DNA of 64,000 nucleotides from a virus, in IMG/VR virus record IMGVR_UViG_3300020281_000010; one strand, written 5' to 3'. A program made the position numbers and the translations under genes. The notes under the pieces are model-generated. The model was not told where the DNA came from and did no database searches. It was given only the letters and a program-made list of their open reading frames with translations. Shown here in pieces: positions 1-9,901 of this stretch; the stretch's first letter is position 1; the number at the start of each line of letters is the position of its first letter.

Positions 1-1830
1 GTAGCAGGTAGAATATTAAGACCGTGGAAGATAGCAGGAGACATAGGCAAACTATCTAAACTATTCTCAGGAAACAGGAAGGCAGGAGTAAAACAGCAGC
101 GTGCAATCCAACAGCGCCAGATGAGAAATCAAGGCGTAAGACCAGGGGTAAAAGGCAAACCGATGAAACCTGGTGGTGGCGGCAAGTTGCTAGGTAAGAT
201 GGGTAAGTTCTTCAAATCTCCTGTCGGTGCAGGTGCACTGTCAGGTGTGTTTGCATTTGGATCTAGACTTGCTGCAGGTGACAAGTTAAATGTTGCAGCA
301 GGTGGAGGTATCGGTGCTGCTATTGGTACTACTGCAGTAACTGCACTGTTGGTGCCTGTCTTGGGACCATTTGCACCTCTTGTTGGTGGTGTCTTAGGTG
401 GATTCTTTGGAGATAAGATTGGAGCGTTCCTTGGAGAGGCAATAGAACCTATTCTGAAACCTATCGGAGATTTCTTTAAGAATGTTGCTATGCCAGTGTG
501 GAAAGCATATCTAACGCCACTGATCGAACCACTGAAAGATTTGTTCCCACCACTACAAGCATTCTTTGGTCTCCTTATTGATACGATTGCACCTATCGCA
601 AGCAAGGTGTTCCAAGGTCTTATGGACTGGTTGGTTGGTCCTATGGCGAAGGCAGCGTTGGATGGTATCATCTGGATTATTGAGAAGGCATCGTGGTTCA
701 TTAACAACGGTGTCAAAGTTGCACAAGGAACAGTGAATACTTTCACGAGAGTCTTTGGTTCTGACAGTCAGAAAAAATTGGCACAGGTAGAGAATGAAGA
801 CTATGATGTTCAAAATCTAACTAAGCAATTAGCAAAGATTAAAAAACGTCAACAAAAAGGGAAGGGTGGAAGTAGATCAATCTGGTTTGGTGTTGATGGT
901 GTCATCAGGACATCCAATGGTGCACCAGGTATGCATATGGGTAATGGTCACGGTAACCCACTTGGTTCAACTAACGATGAAAAAGCGAAGCACTGGGAAG
1001 AGGTTTTAATACCCCACGCTAAGAAGAAAGCAAGAGAAGCACACGAGGCAGCAAGTCAGATTGAGATGGCACAACCTCAAACTGATATGGTTTCCGATCC
1101 ATCTAAACTCAAAACAGAGACACCAGACAACAGAGCAGTGACTGCACAAGGAGGACGTTTAGATTTCCAAGGACACGGTGATGGTGCTACTGGTAAGTTG
1201 ACTCTGTATGATGCCAAGAATAAGAAGATTGGAACTTGGGAAGCAATCAGTGGTACATATGGTACAGCAGGTGCAACACAGAAACAAAGAAGAAACATAT
1301 CTGGAACCAACAATCCACTACCTGACGGCACCTATCCACTGGTAGGATTCCAACAGCACGAAAACATTAATAGGATTGGTGTTTGGTCTACCTTCGTCAA
1401 CAATATGCAAGGTAAGATTGGTAAGAGAGGGGAGATAATGATTCACAATGATATTGGTGATGATGGAACCGCAGGTTGCGTTGGTGTGTCTCTTGGTGGA
1501 ACAGCAAATACAAAGAAAGACAAGGATTTCCAAGAGAAATATAAGAGTGTGATGCCAACAACATTGAGAGTTTCTATTGGTAAGAATGCAAAGAAATTAT
1601 CCGCAGGTATTAGTAACAGTCCTGACAACCGTGAAATTACACCAACCGACCTAAATACTAAGACAAGTGCATTGACAGATGCATCTCAAAGACAAGACAC
1701 TGAACTCAGTTCAGGTGAGTCTTCACAGGTGGTCGTTATGCAACCAGTCATCAAGACAGTCAAAGAAACGGTCGGTGTTGACAACACTCAGATCATTCAC
1801 ACTGATCCTGGATTCGGAGCAATGTTCTAA
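1..1830 (+). CDS. Tail-associated (tape-measure/hub-like) protein with C-terminal Tlde1/DUF2778-like L,D-transpeptidase-fold domain; 5'-truncated by the window
   Basis: Frame +1 is open from base 1 (VAGRILRPWK...) into the 121 ATG. Gly/Ala-rich amphipathic N-terminal part; C-terminal PLPDGTY and IMIHNDIGDDGTAGCVGV motifs; lies upstream of the hub gene and gp5. Confidence 0.65.
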   Translation, partial: VAGRILRPWKIAGDIGKLSKLFSGNRKAGVKQQRAIQQRQMRNQGVRPGVKGKPMKPGGGGKLLGKMGKFFKSPVGAGALSGVFAFGSRLAAGDKLNVAAGGGIGAAIGTTAVTALLVPVLGPFAPLVGGVLGGFFGDKIGAFLGEAIEPILKPIGDFFKNVAMPVWKAYLTPLIEPLKDLFPPLQAFFGLLIDTIAPIASKVFQGLMDWLVGPMAKAALDGIIWIIEKASWFINNGVKVAQGTVNTFTRVFGSDSQKKLAQVENEDYDVQNLTKQLAKIKKRQQKGKGGSRSIWFGVDGVIRTSNGAPGMHMGNGHGNPLGSTNDEKAKHWEEVLIPHAKKKAREAHEAASQIEMAQPQTDMVSDPSKLKTETPDNRAVTAQGGRLDFQGHGDGATGKLTLYDAKNKKIGTWEAISGTYGTAGATQKQRRNISGTNNPLPDGTYPLVGFQQHENINRIGVWSTFVNNMQGKIGKRGEIMIHNDIGDDGTAGCVGVSLGGTANTKKDKDFQEKYKSVMPTTLRVSIGKNAKKLSAGISNSPDNREITPTDLNTKTSALTDASQRQDTELSSGESSQVVVMQPVIKTVKETVGVDNTQIIHTDPGFGAMF

Positions 1831-3872
1831 TGGCAGAACGTATCAGGTTATATAAGTTCGTAACACCACCCAAAGAGGCGGATGGTGCACAGATGACTGT
1901 GGGTAAAAAAACATTTACCACCACAGGTTTCGTCCCAACAGTTAAAGCAATTAATTCCCTAGGAGCAACTGTAAACAGCATTGGTCTTGCTCTGAAGAAG
2001 AATCAGGAAGCACAAGCACGGATAATGGAGGACCAGAGACGTGCTGCTGCCCTCCAAGCAGATAGACAAAGAGAAGCAGCGATAGAAGCAGAAGAAGCAA
2101 GTTCAGACAGCGCAATCAGAAACACCACTGGTTCCGCTATGGGTTTTATGGATTACTTGTGGAAATTCCTCAAGAATCTGTTGATCTTTGGTGCACTGGA
2201 CTTCCTCTCTAGGAAAGAGAATCGAGAGAAGATAGTAAAAGCGTTTGAGATGGTAAGTGGGTTCTTCAAGTGGATTGGAGACACGATAAATTGGTGGAAA
2301 GAGAAATATGGTGAGTTATTTGGTGAAAATAGCGATGGATGGACTAGATTCCAAGCGGCAGCAAAAATGCTTGGTGCAGGACTTGCTGTATTAGCAGGTA
2401 TTGCGTTCCTGAAGAATCCTATCGGAACTATCAAAGCATTTAGTGGTATTATCACCACTGTTGGTAAAGGTATTATGAATTTGGGCAAATTCCTTGGCGG
2501 GAATGCCCTTGGTCAGATGGCGATGGCGGGTGCTCAAGGTTATATGGCATACCGCGATGTAGCAGCAAATTATGAGGGTGCTGAAGAAGATAGGATGGCA
2601 GCAGCGAGAGGTGCAGGTGTTGGTGCTGCAGGTGGCGGTATGGCACTCGGTATGATCGGTAACAAGATTGCAGGTCCTATCGGTGGATTGATTGGTAACG
2701 CTGTTGGTGGATTACTAGGAAAAGAGGCAGGTAAGTTCCTTGGACCTATGGTTGGCAATTTCTTTAATACACTTAAGGAATTGTTTGATACTATGATGGA
2801 GTATTTGGACAATCTCTTCAAACCACTCAGAGAAGCGTTAACTGCACTTTTCGAGGCGATGGGTCCACCATTGCAGATGATCGTAGATGCGATAAAACCA
2901 CATCTACCTAAATTGATGTCATTTGCCGAAATGATGGGTAAGGTGGTATTCTTCCCATTGATCAAAATGGTTGAAGGGTTGACTCGTTTCCTCAAAATGA
3001 TCCCTGGGGTCAAACAGAGGATGGACGAAGCAGATACTACAGGTGAGGGCGAAGATCCACAAGAGATGTCAGTAGGTGGTCTGATTCAACCACAGACCGC
3101 AGTGTTGCCACAGAAGTCTGACGGTGGTTGGATCAGTGGACCACAATCAGGTTACCCAGTATCACTCGATGGTGGAAAGTCGGTTTCCTTTATCGGACAC
3201 GGAACTGAATATGTGGCACAAAGATCCTCTGGGGGATTTGTCATTCCATTTAATACCCCCCATACTAAGAGAGACCCAGGTCTGACTAGTAGAAGAATGC
3301 AGCAAGCGTCCGCTGCAGGATATAAAGTACCAAAATTCTCAAAAGGTGGTATAGTTCCATTTGACTTCGGTGGTTCAAAATCATCTCTCACATCACCCCC
3401 TGCATTGCCACCTACAAATTATGGTCAATATAAAGGATACTCATTTGGTGGATTTTTAGATAAACTTTCATCTGTAGCAGCAAACGCGACTTTACCGCCA
3501 CACGCATCAGCAGCGATGAAATTCATCAAACCTCATATCCAGTCTGCTAGTGAAAATATTGGTGGTGTCGTTAGCAAAGTTGTTGACATTATGCCTGCAC
3601 CTCTAAGAGAGAAAACAGGTCAAATTATCAATAAGACAGTTTCACAGATTAAGAGTCTTGCCACAAAAGTCAAGAGTCAAGACCTAAATGCTGCAGTTGA
3701 GACTATAGTTGCTGATGCTATTGTGTTGCCTACAGAGAAATCACAAACAAATGCAGGTGGCGGTGGTACTGTGGTTCAACCTAAGACTGCTCCAAATCCT
3801 GCTCAAGAGTTCCTCACCAGTAGATTTGGTCGAGTCGCTGAAGCATCTAGTTCTTTGAGTAATCTATTCTAA
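1830..3872 (+). CDS. Tail tape-measure/baseplate hub-like virion protein
   Basis: 680 aa; coiled-coil plus Gly/Ala amphipathic helices; GGWISGPQSGYPV..GHGTEYV motif; start overlaps upstream stop (TAATG). Confidence 0.55.
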   Translation: MAERIRLYKFVTPPKEADGAQMTVGKKTFTTTGFVPTVKAINSLGATVNSIGLALKKNQEAQARIMEDQRRAAALQADRQREAAIEAEEASSDSAIRNTTGSAMGFMDYLWKFLKNLLIFGALDFLSRKENREKIVKAFEMVSGFFKWIGDTINWWKEKYGELFGENSDGWTRFQAAAKMLGAGLAVLAGIAFLKNPIGTIKAFSGIITTVGKGIMNLGKFLGGNALGQMAMAGAQGYMAYRDVAANYEGAEEDRMAAARGAGVGAAGGGMALGMIGNKIAGPIGGLIGNAVGGLLGKEAGKFLGPMVGNFFNTLKELFDTMMEYLDNLFKPLREALTALFEAMGPPLQMIVDAIKPHLPKLMSFAEMMGKVVFFPLIKMVEGLTRFLKMIPGVKQRMDEADTTGEGEDPQEMSVGGLIQPQTAVLPQKSDGGWISGPQSGYPVSLDGGKSVSFIGHGTEYVAQRSSGGFVIPFNTPHTKRDPGLTSRRMQQASAAGYKVPKFSKGGIVPFDFGGSKSSLTSPPALPPTNYGQYKGYSFGGFLDKLSSVAANATLPPHASAAMKFIKPHIQSASENIGGVVSKVVDIMPAPLREKTGQIINKTVSQIKSLATKVKSQDLNAAVETIVADAIVLPTEKSQTNAGGGGTVVQPKTAPNPAQEFLTSRFGRVAEASSSLSNLF

Positions 3873-5245
3873 TGGCAGAAGATTCCACATATCAGGCAAA
3901 AGGTTATACTATCAAACAGTTCAATCTGTATATGACAGATAAGTATAATCCTTCAGAAACGATCGAAGAGATAGCACCTGAGGATGGTAACCCGATCGAT
4001 ATTAGAGGTATTTGCCCTGGATTTAAGTATATTGAATCTCTCACCTCTCCCTCTGTCAGGATGGAACTCGCAATGGCAGATACTATGGACCTGATTTCTG
4101 ATTTGACTGGTAATGAATTCATTCAAATCGAATTGGAGTCAGATAGTGCTCCAGATCAACCTCTGACAATCAGACAACGTATTTTCAAGATTGGTTCTGT
4201 AACCAAGTCTGAAAGAATGCAAGCATATGTGATATACACTGTTTCACCAGAAGCATATAATAATGAGACCAACAGAGTCTTTAAGTCATTCAAAAATAAG
4301 ACTGGTGTAGATCACGTAAAAGAGGTTGTCGAAAAGTTTTTGAAGTCTGCAGGTCGAGAATACTCGTATGAGGCATCGACAGGCAACTTCAATTTTATAT
4401 CTCCCTCTTGGAGACCATTTGATGTAATTGCGTATATCTCAGACAAAATTGTTTCTTCAGAAACAAAAAAAGCGGGGTATATGTTCTTTGAAAACAAGAA
4501 TGGGTTCTATTTTAACACAATAGACACCCTTACCAAGGGAGAATTGATGAATGTGGAGGGAAATATCCCGCAATTCACATATGAACAGTCAAATGTTGGC
4601 GATTCTGAGTTTAACGCTTATAATATAGAATCAATGAACTATCCAGATCAGGGAAACCATCTGGAGAAAATGAGAACTGGTGCATATGTAAACACCGTTA
4701 TTGGTGTTAAAGCACCTGCACTTACATCAGGAAATCTACCTACAGCAGGTAGTGGATCTGATGGACCCTCTGGTTCTATTAAAAAACCTGTTACTCAAAC
4801 CCTGTTACAGGTTTTCAGTGAGGCAGAAACGCTAAACGACGCATTCCCATTCCCTAAAATTAAGGAGGAATACTTCGACGAGAAAAAACCAACTCGTACG
4901 AAGATTCGTGCTTTGCCAGGGATGAAGAATGCAACCACCGCCCTTGACGGATCCGCATCCGCAGGCAGTATGGATACAGATACAGTTGCTGCTAGTGCAT
5001 ACGCTTATTCACGATGGCAGTTACTGAACTCTATCACACTTGACATAACCATCCCAGGTAATGTATCATTAACTGTCGGTATGGTTATTGAATGTAAAAT
5101 ACCTGCTTCTAAAAACGAAGAGGATAGAACTGTATTGGATCCAATTTATTCAGGACGGTATCTTATCACGGGATTGTTACACGATTACACTCCCACAGGG
5201 TTAACTACACGTTTACACCTATCTAAAGATAGTGTAACCTCATAG
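3872..5245 (+). CDS. Baseplate hub protein (gp27/gpD-like)
   Basis: 457 aa; GYMFFENKNGFYF and C-terminal LDITIPGN..VG..I...YSGRYLITGLLH motifs typical of myophage hub proteins; upstream of gp5. Confidence 0.6.
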   Translation: MAEDSTYQAKGYTIKQFNLYMTDKYNPSETIEEIAPEDGNPIDIRGICPGFKYIESLTSPSVRMELAMADTMDLISDLTGNEFIQIELESDSAPDQPLTIRQRIFKIGSVTKSERMQAYVIYTVSPEAYNNETNRVFKSFKNKTGVDHVKEVVEKFLKSAGREYSYEASTGNFNFISPSWRPFDVIAYISDKIVSSETKKAGYMFFENKNGFYFNTIDTLTKGELMNVEGNIPQFTYEQSNVGDSEFNAYNIESMNYPDQGNHLEKMRTGAYVNTVIGVKAPALTSGNLPTAGSGSDGPSGSIKKPVTQTLLQVFSEAETLNDAFPFPKIKEEYFDEKKPTRTKIRALPGMKNATTALDGSASAGSMDTDTVAASAYAYSRWQLLNSITLDITIPGNVSLTVGMVIECKIPASKNEEDRTVLDPIYSGRYLITGLLHDYTPTGLTTRLHLSKDSVTS

Positions 5246-5256
5246 GAGACATTCAA

Positions 5257-5484
5257 ATGCAAACACTAGAACAACACATCCAACACGATAAAGAGATTCT
5301 CGATAATCCACAGACAAGTCCTCAGACTCGTCGTCATATCGAGGGTGAACTTCACGAGTTGGAAACTTACGTTAAAAACCACAAGGCAGAGATCGAAGCA
5401 GGAGATCATCACGATCCTACTGCACTAGAACTGTTCTGCGAAGTAGAACCATCTGAACCTGAGTGTCTAGTTTACGACGACTAA
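5257..5484 (+). CDS. cp12: CP12 (Calvin cycle inhibitor), phage type
   Basis: C-terminal DPTALELFCEVEPSEPECLVYDD CP12 signature with Cys pair. Confidence 0.92.
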   Translation: MQTLEQHIQHDKEILDNPQTSPQTRRHIEGELHELETYVKNHKAEIEAGDHHDPTALELFCEVEPSEPECLVYDD

Positions 5485-5500
5485 TTTATCATCTATCATT

Positions 5501-6064
5501 ATGGCAGCAGTACAATCGTTTATTGCGGGTGGCAAAATAAAAGAAGAAATTATTGACGGTGTAGTAGATTTCTACAATACCTGTGATTATCTTGCCAAAG
5601 TCCCTGGCGAATATAGTGGTGGAACTGATCCACTCATTAAAAACTCCACGGATATGTCTGTGCCATCTTGGATTAAAGATCCGAGAATTACAAATTACTT
5701 GGATGAGGTACAAGCGTGCATTCAACTGTACGTTGATCAATATCCTTGGGCGAAAATGGCGGATTTGGAGGTTATCGAACCATTCAATATCCAAGAATAC
5801 GAACCAGGGCAAGCATTTTCACAACCCCACTGCGAAAGAGTGGGTTCAAATAAGACTACATCTTTCAGACATCTTGTCTGGATGACCTATCTAAATACAG
5901 TGCAAGAAGGCGGTGAGACCCAATGGGTGCATCAAGACCTCACGATTCAACCCGAAAAAGGATTGACATTGCTGTGGCCAGTTGATTGGACTCATATTCA
6001 TCACGGTGTTCCTGCTCCCAATGAAAAGAAACTTATTGTAACTGGATGGATTTCGTATGCGTAA
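5501..6064 (+). CDS. 2OG-Fe(II) oxygenase (prolyl-hydroxylase-like)
   Basis: HCE...YLNTVQEGGET...WTHIHHG...K...TGW double-stranded beta-helix motifs. Confidence 0.85.
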   Translation: MAAVQSFIAGGKIKEEIIDGVVDFYNTCDYLAKVPGEYSGGTDPLIKNSTDMSVPSWIKDPRITNYLDEVQACIQLYVDQYPWAKMADLEVIEPFNIQEYEPGQAFSQPHCERVGSNKTTSFRHLVWMTYLNTVQEGGETQWVHQDLTIQPEKGLTLLWPVDWTHIHHGVPAPNEKKLIVTGWISYA

Positions 6065-6722
6065 TGTCCTATTGGCGACATTGTTGAGTTTGAGTTTACC
6101 TGTAGCAAAGGCAGAACCCACTAAGGGTTATTTTACATACGATGCTATGGGATGTATGTTACTACAGGAGTGTACTGAAGATGTAAAAAGAGTCCGTAAT
6201 ACGGACCAAGTTCAAGAGATTTTTCCTAACCAAAACTTCGACGTAGTTAGAGAAGAATTCAACAGTATTTCAGAGTCATTTGACAAATTAGGAATAAACG
6301 TTTATATTGCTAGTCCAAGGTATTTTCCTGTTGGACATAGAGGTGTTTACCATACTGTTAGTAATAACTTCTATCTCAATGAGGCATATGTCAGTCGTCC
6401 TCACGTGTTTATGGCAGTAGTCAGACACGAGGGATGGCACGCTGCTCAGGATTGTATGGCAGGTACCCTTGACAATTCGCTTCTCGCTATTATCTACCCA
6501 GAGGACAAAGTTCCCGAAATGTGGCAGAATATGGCAGAGAGAACGTATTTTCAAAACCCTGCAGCAATTCCTTGGGAAAAGGAAGCATTTTGGGCAGGTC
6601 ACACAGCGGATCTAACTGCTGACGCACTTAAGGTGTGTGCATCAGATACTCCGATGTGGGAACATTATTCACCCACTCCTCTTACAAAGAAGTGGTTAAT
6701 CGAAAACAATTTTATTAAATGA
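6057..6722 (+). CDS. Exported HExxH (zincin-like) protein
   Basis: Signal-peptide-like N-terminus MRNVLLATLLSLSLPVAKA; VVRHEGWHAAQDC motif. Confidence 0.6.
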   Translation: MRNVLLATLLSLSLPVAKAEPTKGYFTYDAMGCMLLQECTEDVKRVRNTDQVQEIFPNQNFDVVREEFNSISESFDKLGINVYIASPRYFPVGHRGVYHTVSNNFYLNEAYVSRPHVFMAVVRHEGWHAAQDCMAGTLDNSLLAIIYPEDKVPEMWQNMAERTYFQNPAAIPWEKEAFWAGHTADLTADALKVCASDTPMWEHYSPTPLTKKWLIENNFIK

Positions 6723-6877
6723 AATGTTGGCATTGCCAGACTGAATTGATCTGGGGAGGAGACCATAGTCTCGATGAAGAAGACTATCCACTAACCTCCT
6801 CAGAATATTCTATGGTCACAAATTTGAGTTGCCCTAGGTGTAACTCGTTTGTTGAAGTTTATTATCCTAAACAATGA
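6719..6877 (+). CDS. Small Zn-ribbon protein (52 aa)
   Basis: Hand translation MKCWHCQTELIWGGD...LSCPRCNSFVEVYYPKQ; two CxxC motifs; ATGA overlaps at both ends. Confidence 0.7.
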   Translation: MKCWHCQTELIWGGDHSLDEEDYPLTSSEYSMVTNLSCPRCNSFVEVYYPKQ

Positions 6878-7032
6878 AAAAGAAACGTTGGCATCAAGTG
6901 AAATCATCACCTTACTATATCTTCTGGGGTCTTTGTTCTGTTGCTGTTGTAGCAGGACAGGTCTATATCGGAAGCGGTTATCACCGTATGGCAGACAGTT
7001 TCAACAATTATGTTGAGAGTCTTGCTAAATAA
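6874..7032 (+). CDS. Small membrane protein (52 aa)
   Basis: Hand translation MKKKRWHQVKSSPYYIFWGLCSVAVVAGQVYIG...; one hydrophobic segment; ATGA coupling. Confidence 0.6.
   Translation: MKKKRWHQVKSSPYYIFWGLCSVAVVAGQVYIGSGYHRMADSFNNYVESLAK
7026..7031 (+). promoter_or_regulatory. T4-type late promoter (TAAATA) for gp5
   Basis: TAAATA 22 nt upstream of the gp5 GTG start. Confidence 0.65.
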
Positions 7033-7052
7033 TAAAAAACCTATATTAAGTC

Positions 7053-9515
7053 GTGGCAACAGCAGCACCTATTGGAAAATCTGACGTAATGGGTCGTGAC
7101 GGGTTCACTTGGTGGTTAGGTGAAGTCGAATCGATCAAAGATCCTCAAATGCTTGGCAGAGTCAAGGTGAGGATCGTTGGGTGGTACACAGGTACTGGTG
7201 GTCAATCATATCTTGATCAAATTCCTACAGAAGATTTGCCTTGGGCAGTCGTTATGCTGCCTACTGATCAGGCAGGTATCAAGAATACTGGTACAAAGAC
7301 TGAACTGCAAGTTGGTGCTCAGGTATTAGGTTTTTTCCTTGACGGGGAAGAAGCACAACTCCCTGTTGTGATGGGATCTCTTCGTGGATTCCGTGGTCAA
7401 TCTGATCCTAAACAAGGTGACGATTCTGCCACTAGCGAAGAAGGAATTTCTGCAACCACTATCGCTGACAACACAGAGGCACTCACAGAGGAGGAGATGC
7501 CCGAAACTGCCAAGGACATTAAGGGGCAGGTTGTCAATCAGGGTAACAGTTTCGTTGTAGATGGAAGCGTTACACCTGGGGATGAGAACGGTGGTGAAGA
7601 GAAATCCAATGGTGTTCTATCGATTCTTGAGCAGGAATCGAATGGAAACGTGTACACGAACCCTACTGGTGTACCTCCAGATGTACAAGGCATCGGAAAT
7701 GGAGTGGTCGGTCCCAGTGGAGAAGGTTTTGAGAAAGACCTTAACAGGATGTTGACGGAGTTTGGACAACTTAGTGGAACTTTAGGCAGAGACCTAAATG
7801 GTAACCTAACTTCACTCATTACTGGTAAGAAGGTTTTCAACGATGTCGTGAATGAATCTCTGGCAGGTATCAAGAACTATGTTTCTTCTGCTATGAGCGG
7901 CATTATGAGTTCTCTAAAACAAATGCTCGCGAAACAGATCGAATCGTTGATGAGTTCGATTCTTGGTGCAATTAGTAACGTCGTCCCTACAGGTGTTATT
8001 AGTTCCATTATGAAACTTGCTGATTTCATCACCAATTTGTTCTGTAGTTTCGAAGGTAAATTTATTCTTGGACAACTTCAATCTGCAATGAGTGATATAT
8101 CGGGATTCGCCGAGGATATTGCAGGAAAAGTTGTTGACAAGGTAGTTGGTGGTTTCGCTGACAAAGTTACTGATACAGTAAACGGTGTTCTTAGTAAGAT
8201 TCAGAACGGTATCAGCAAAGTTTCTAGTGTTGCTAACACAATTACATCAGCAATCGGTGTTGCTCAGAAAGCAGCAGGTGTTGCACGTAAAGTCTCAGGT
8301 TCATTGAACACTCTATTTGAGTTTGACTTCTCAAAACTTGACTTTGCTTCAATCGTTTCTATTATTATGGGAATCATCGCAGCACTCTTTGGCAACAAAG
8401 ATTGTGGACGATCGATTAAACAACCGAAACAAAAATTCTGGTTACCCTTGTTGGGTACATCAACGTGTGAATCAGTACCAGAATTCTTGATGCAGGAGGT
8501 AACTCTGTATGGTGGGGGTAGTGTAGGTAAACCAAAACCAAAATCAAAGGGAGATTACTTCAAGTCTTTGATGAAAGATATTGATGTTTATGCTGTTAAG
8601 GCAGAGACATTCTTGAATGGTGCTAAGACTATCCAAGATAACACCCCAGGAAAAGAGAAAACTATTGTACAGCACGCAGGTGGTCAAACTGTAATCGCTA
8701 CTGCACTTGGTGATCAGCATACAAACGTCCCTGGAAATGATACAAAGATCATTGGTAGAGATGAATGTAAGACTATCAAGAAGAATAAAACACTGACTGT
8801 TGAAGGTGACTTCACTCTGAAGGTTATGGGTGATCTCAACCTTGAAGTTGGTGGTGCAATGAATACTCACCTCTCACAGAATGTTGAGACGGGTGAAGAT
8901 GGTGCTCCTGTATCAGGTGCAAAGCAGTCTAAAACTGCACAGACATTTTCATCAGACTATAACGTTGCTTATGAGGGTGACTATCAGATTCAAGCAGCAA
9001 ACATCAAGTTGAATGCTCACAACGAAATTAGTTTCAACGCATCTGCTATTAATAATAAGTGTGCAACGTTGATGAACACTGTCTCTGGTGAGATTATCAA
9101 TGAGGCAGCGTGGAAATCAGAATTTATTAACAACGTCATCTTCCAGAATGTCGGAGCACTTAACCCTATGCCTGGGTTGACTGGTAGATGCACAATGATC
9201 AAAGGTCTTGACCTTACTATCTGTGGATCAGGTGGTGGTACATCTGCTCTACCTGCTGCACACGTTCGTATTGCTGAGTGTACAGGACAACCTGGGGGTA
9301 TGGTGGATCTAGTTTCTGGTACAGCAGGTGGTCACTTGACTCTTGTTAAGACTCCTAAAGGTGGTATCGGAGAATTCGTTACTGGAGCAGGTGGTGGTAT
9401 TCTAAACACTGTTAGCAATGGTGTTGCTACCTACACAGTCGGTACAGGTGTATTTACAGCAGGTTGCACAGGTGGTCTAGCACAGTTCGTTGGACTACCC
9501 ATTATGCTGAATTAG
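7053..9515 (+). CDS. gp5: Baseplate hub/central spike gp5 (no recognisable lysozyme domain)
   Basis: N-terminal OB fold FTWWLGEVESIKDPQMLGRVKVRI...DLPWA...V.GFFLDGEEAQLPVVMG; C-terminal beta-helix repeats (DTKIIGRDECKTIKKNKTLTVEGDFTLKVMGD). Confidence 0.88.
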   Translation: MATAAPIGKSDVMGRDGFTWWLGEVESIKDPQMLGRVKVRIVGWYTGTGGQSYLDQIPTEDLPWAVVMLPTDQAGIKNTGTKTELQVGAQVLGFFLDGEEAQLPVVMGSLRGFRGQSDPKQGDDSATSEEGISATTIADNTEALTEEEMPETAKDIKGQVVNQGNSFVVDGSVTPGDENGGEEKSNGVLSILEQESNGNVYTNPTGVPPDVQGIGNGVVGPSGEGFEKDLNRMLTEFGQLSGTLGRDLNGNLTSLITGKKVFNDVVNESLAGIKNYVSSAMSGIMSSLKQMLAKQIESLMSSILGAISNVVPTGVISSIMKLADFITNLFCSFEGKFILGQLQSAMSDISGFAEDIAGKVVDKVVGGFADKVTDTVNGVLSKIQNGISKVSSVANTITSAIGVAQKAAGVARKVSGSLNTLFEFDFSKLDFASIVSIIMGIIAALFGNKDCGRSIKQPKQKFWLPLLGTSTCESVPEFLMQEVTLYGGGSVGKPKPKSKGDYFKSLMKDIDVYAVKAETFLNGAKTIQDNTPGKEKTIVQHAGGQTVIATALGDQHTNVPGNDTKIIGRDECKTIKKNKTLTVEGDFTLKVMGDLNLEVGGAMNTHLSQNVETGEDGAPVSGAKQSKTAQTFSSDYNVAYEGDYQIQAANIKLNAHNEISFNASAINNKCATLMNTVSGEIINEAAWKSEFINNVIFQNVGALNPMPGLTGRCTMIKGLDLTICGSGGGTSALPAAHVRIAECTGQPGGMVDLVSGTAGGHLTLVKTPKGGIGEFVTGAGGGILNTVSNGVATYTVGTGVFTAGCTGGLAQFVGLPIMLN

Positions 9516-9524
9516 TGCTATACT
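9516..9524 (+). promoter_or_regulatory. Extended -10 host-type promoter (TGcTATACT) inside an inverted repeat
   Basis: TG-C-TATACT 21 nt upstream of the ATG at 9546; flanked by CTGAATT (9507-9513) and AATTCAG (9526-9532). Confidence 0.5.
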
Positions 9525-9545
9525 AAATTCAGTTACAAGAATCCA

Positions 9546-9701
9546 ATGCCTAGCAGGAGTTACGAAGTTCTACTTCGTCGTCCTAACGGTCCTATCAAAC
9601 GTGTTATCATAGATGAGGTCTTCTCAGCACAAGAAGCACGTCAAACTGCAGCATCAATGTATGGTTTGCAAGTGATTGACTGTTACCCTACATACAAATG
9701 A
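9546..9701 (+). CDS. Hypothetical protein (51 aa)
   Basis: Hand translation MPSRSYEVLLRRPNGPIKRVIIDEVFSAQEARQTAASMYG...; ATGA overlap with the next gene. Confidence 0.6.
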   Translation: MPSRSYEVLLRRPNGPIKRVIIDEVFSAQEARQTAASMYGLQVIDCYPTYK

Positions 9702-9901
9702 CCGACGAGTACCTAGACCACCTTTACGTTGATTATGTTTGGATCGATTTTCCGAAACGCACCCTGTCCATACAAGTTAGTGATGGAAACATTGAAAAGA
9801 TTCGGTTTACATTCACCGAAGAAGGAGCAGAAGGATTCCAACAATCCGTGACAAATGTTCAAGGAGCGGTTGACACCGAGTCTATTCATTATTTGCTATG
9901 A
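9698..9901 (+). CDS. Hypothetical protein
   Basis: ORF track; translationally coupled on both sides. Confidence 0.65.
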   Translation: MTDEYLDHLYVDYVWIDFPKRTLSIQVSDGNIEKIRFTFTEEGAEGFQQSVTNVQGAVDTESIHYLL

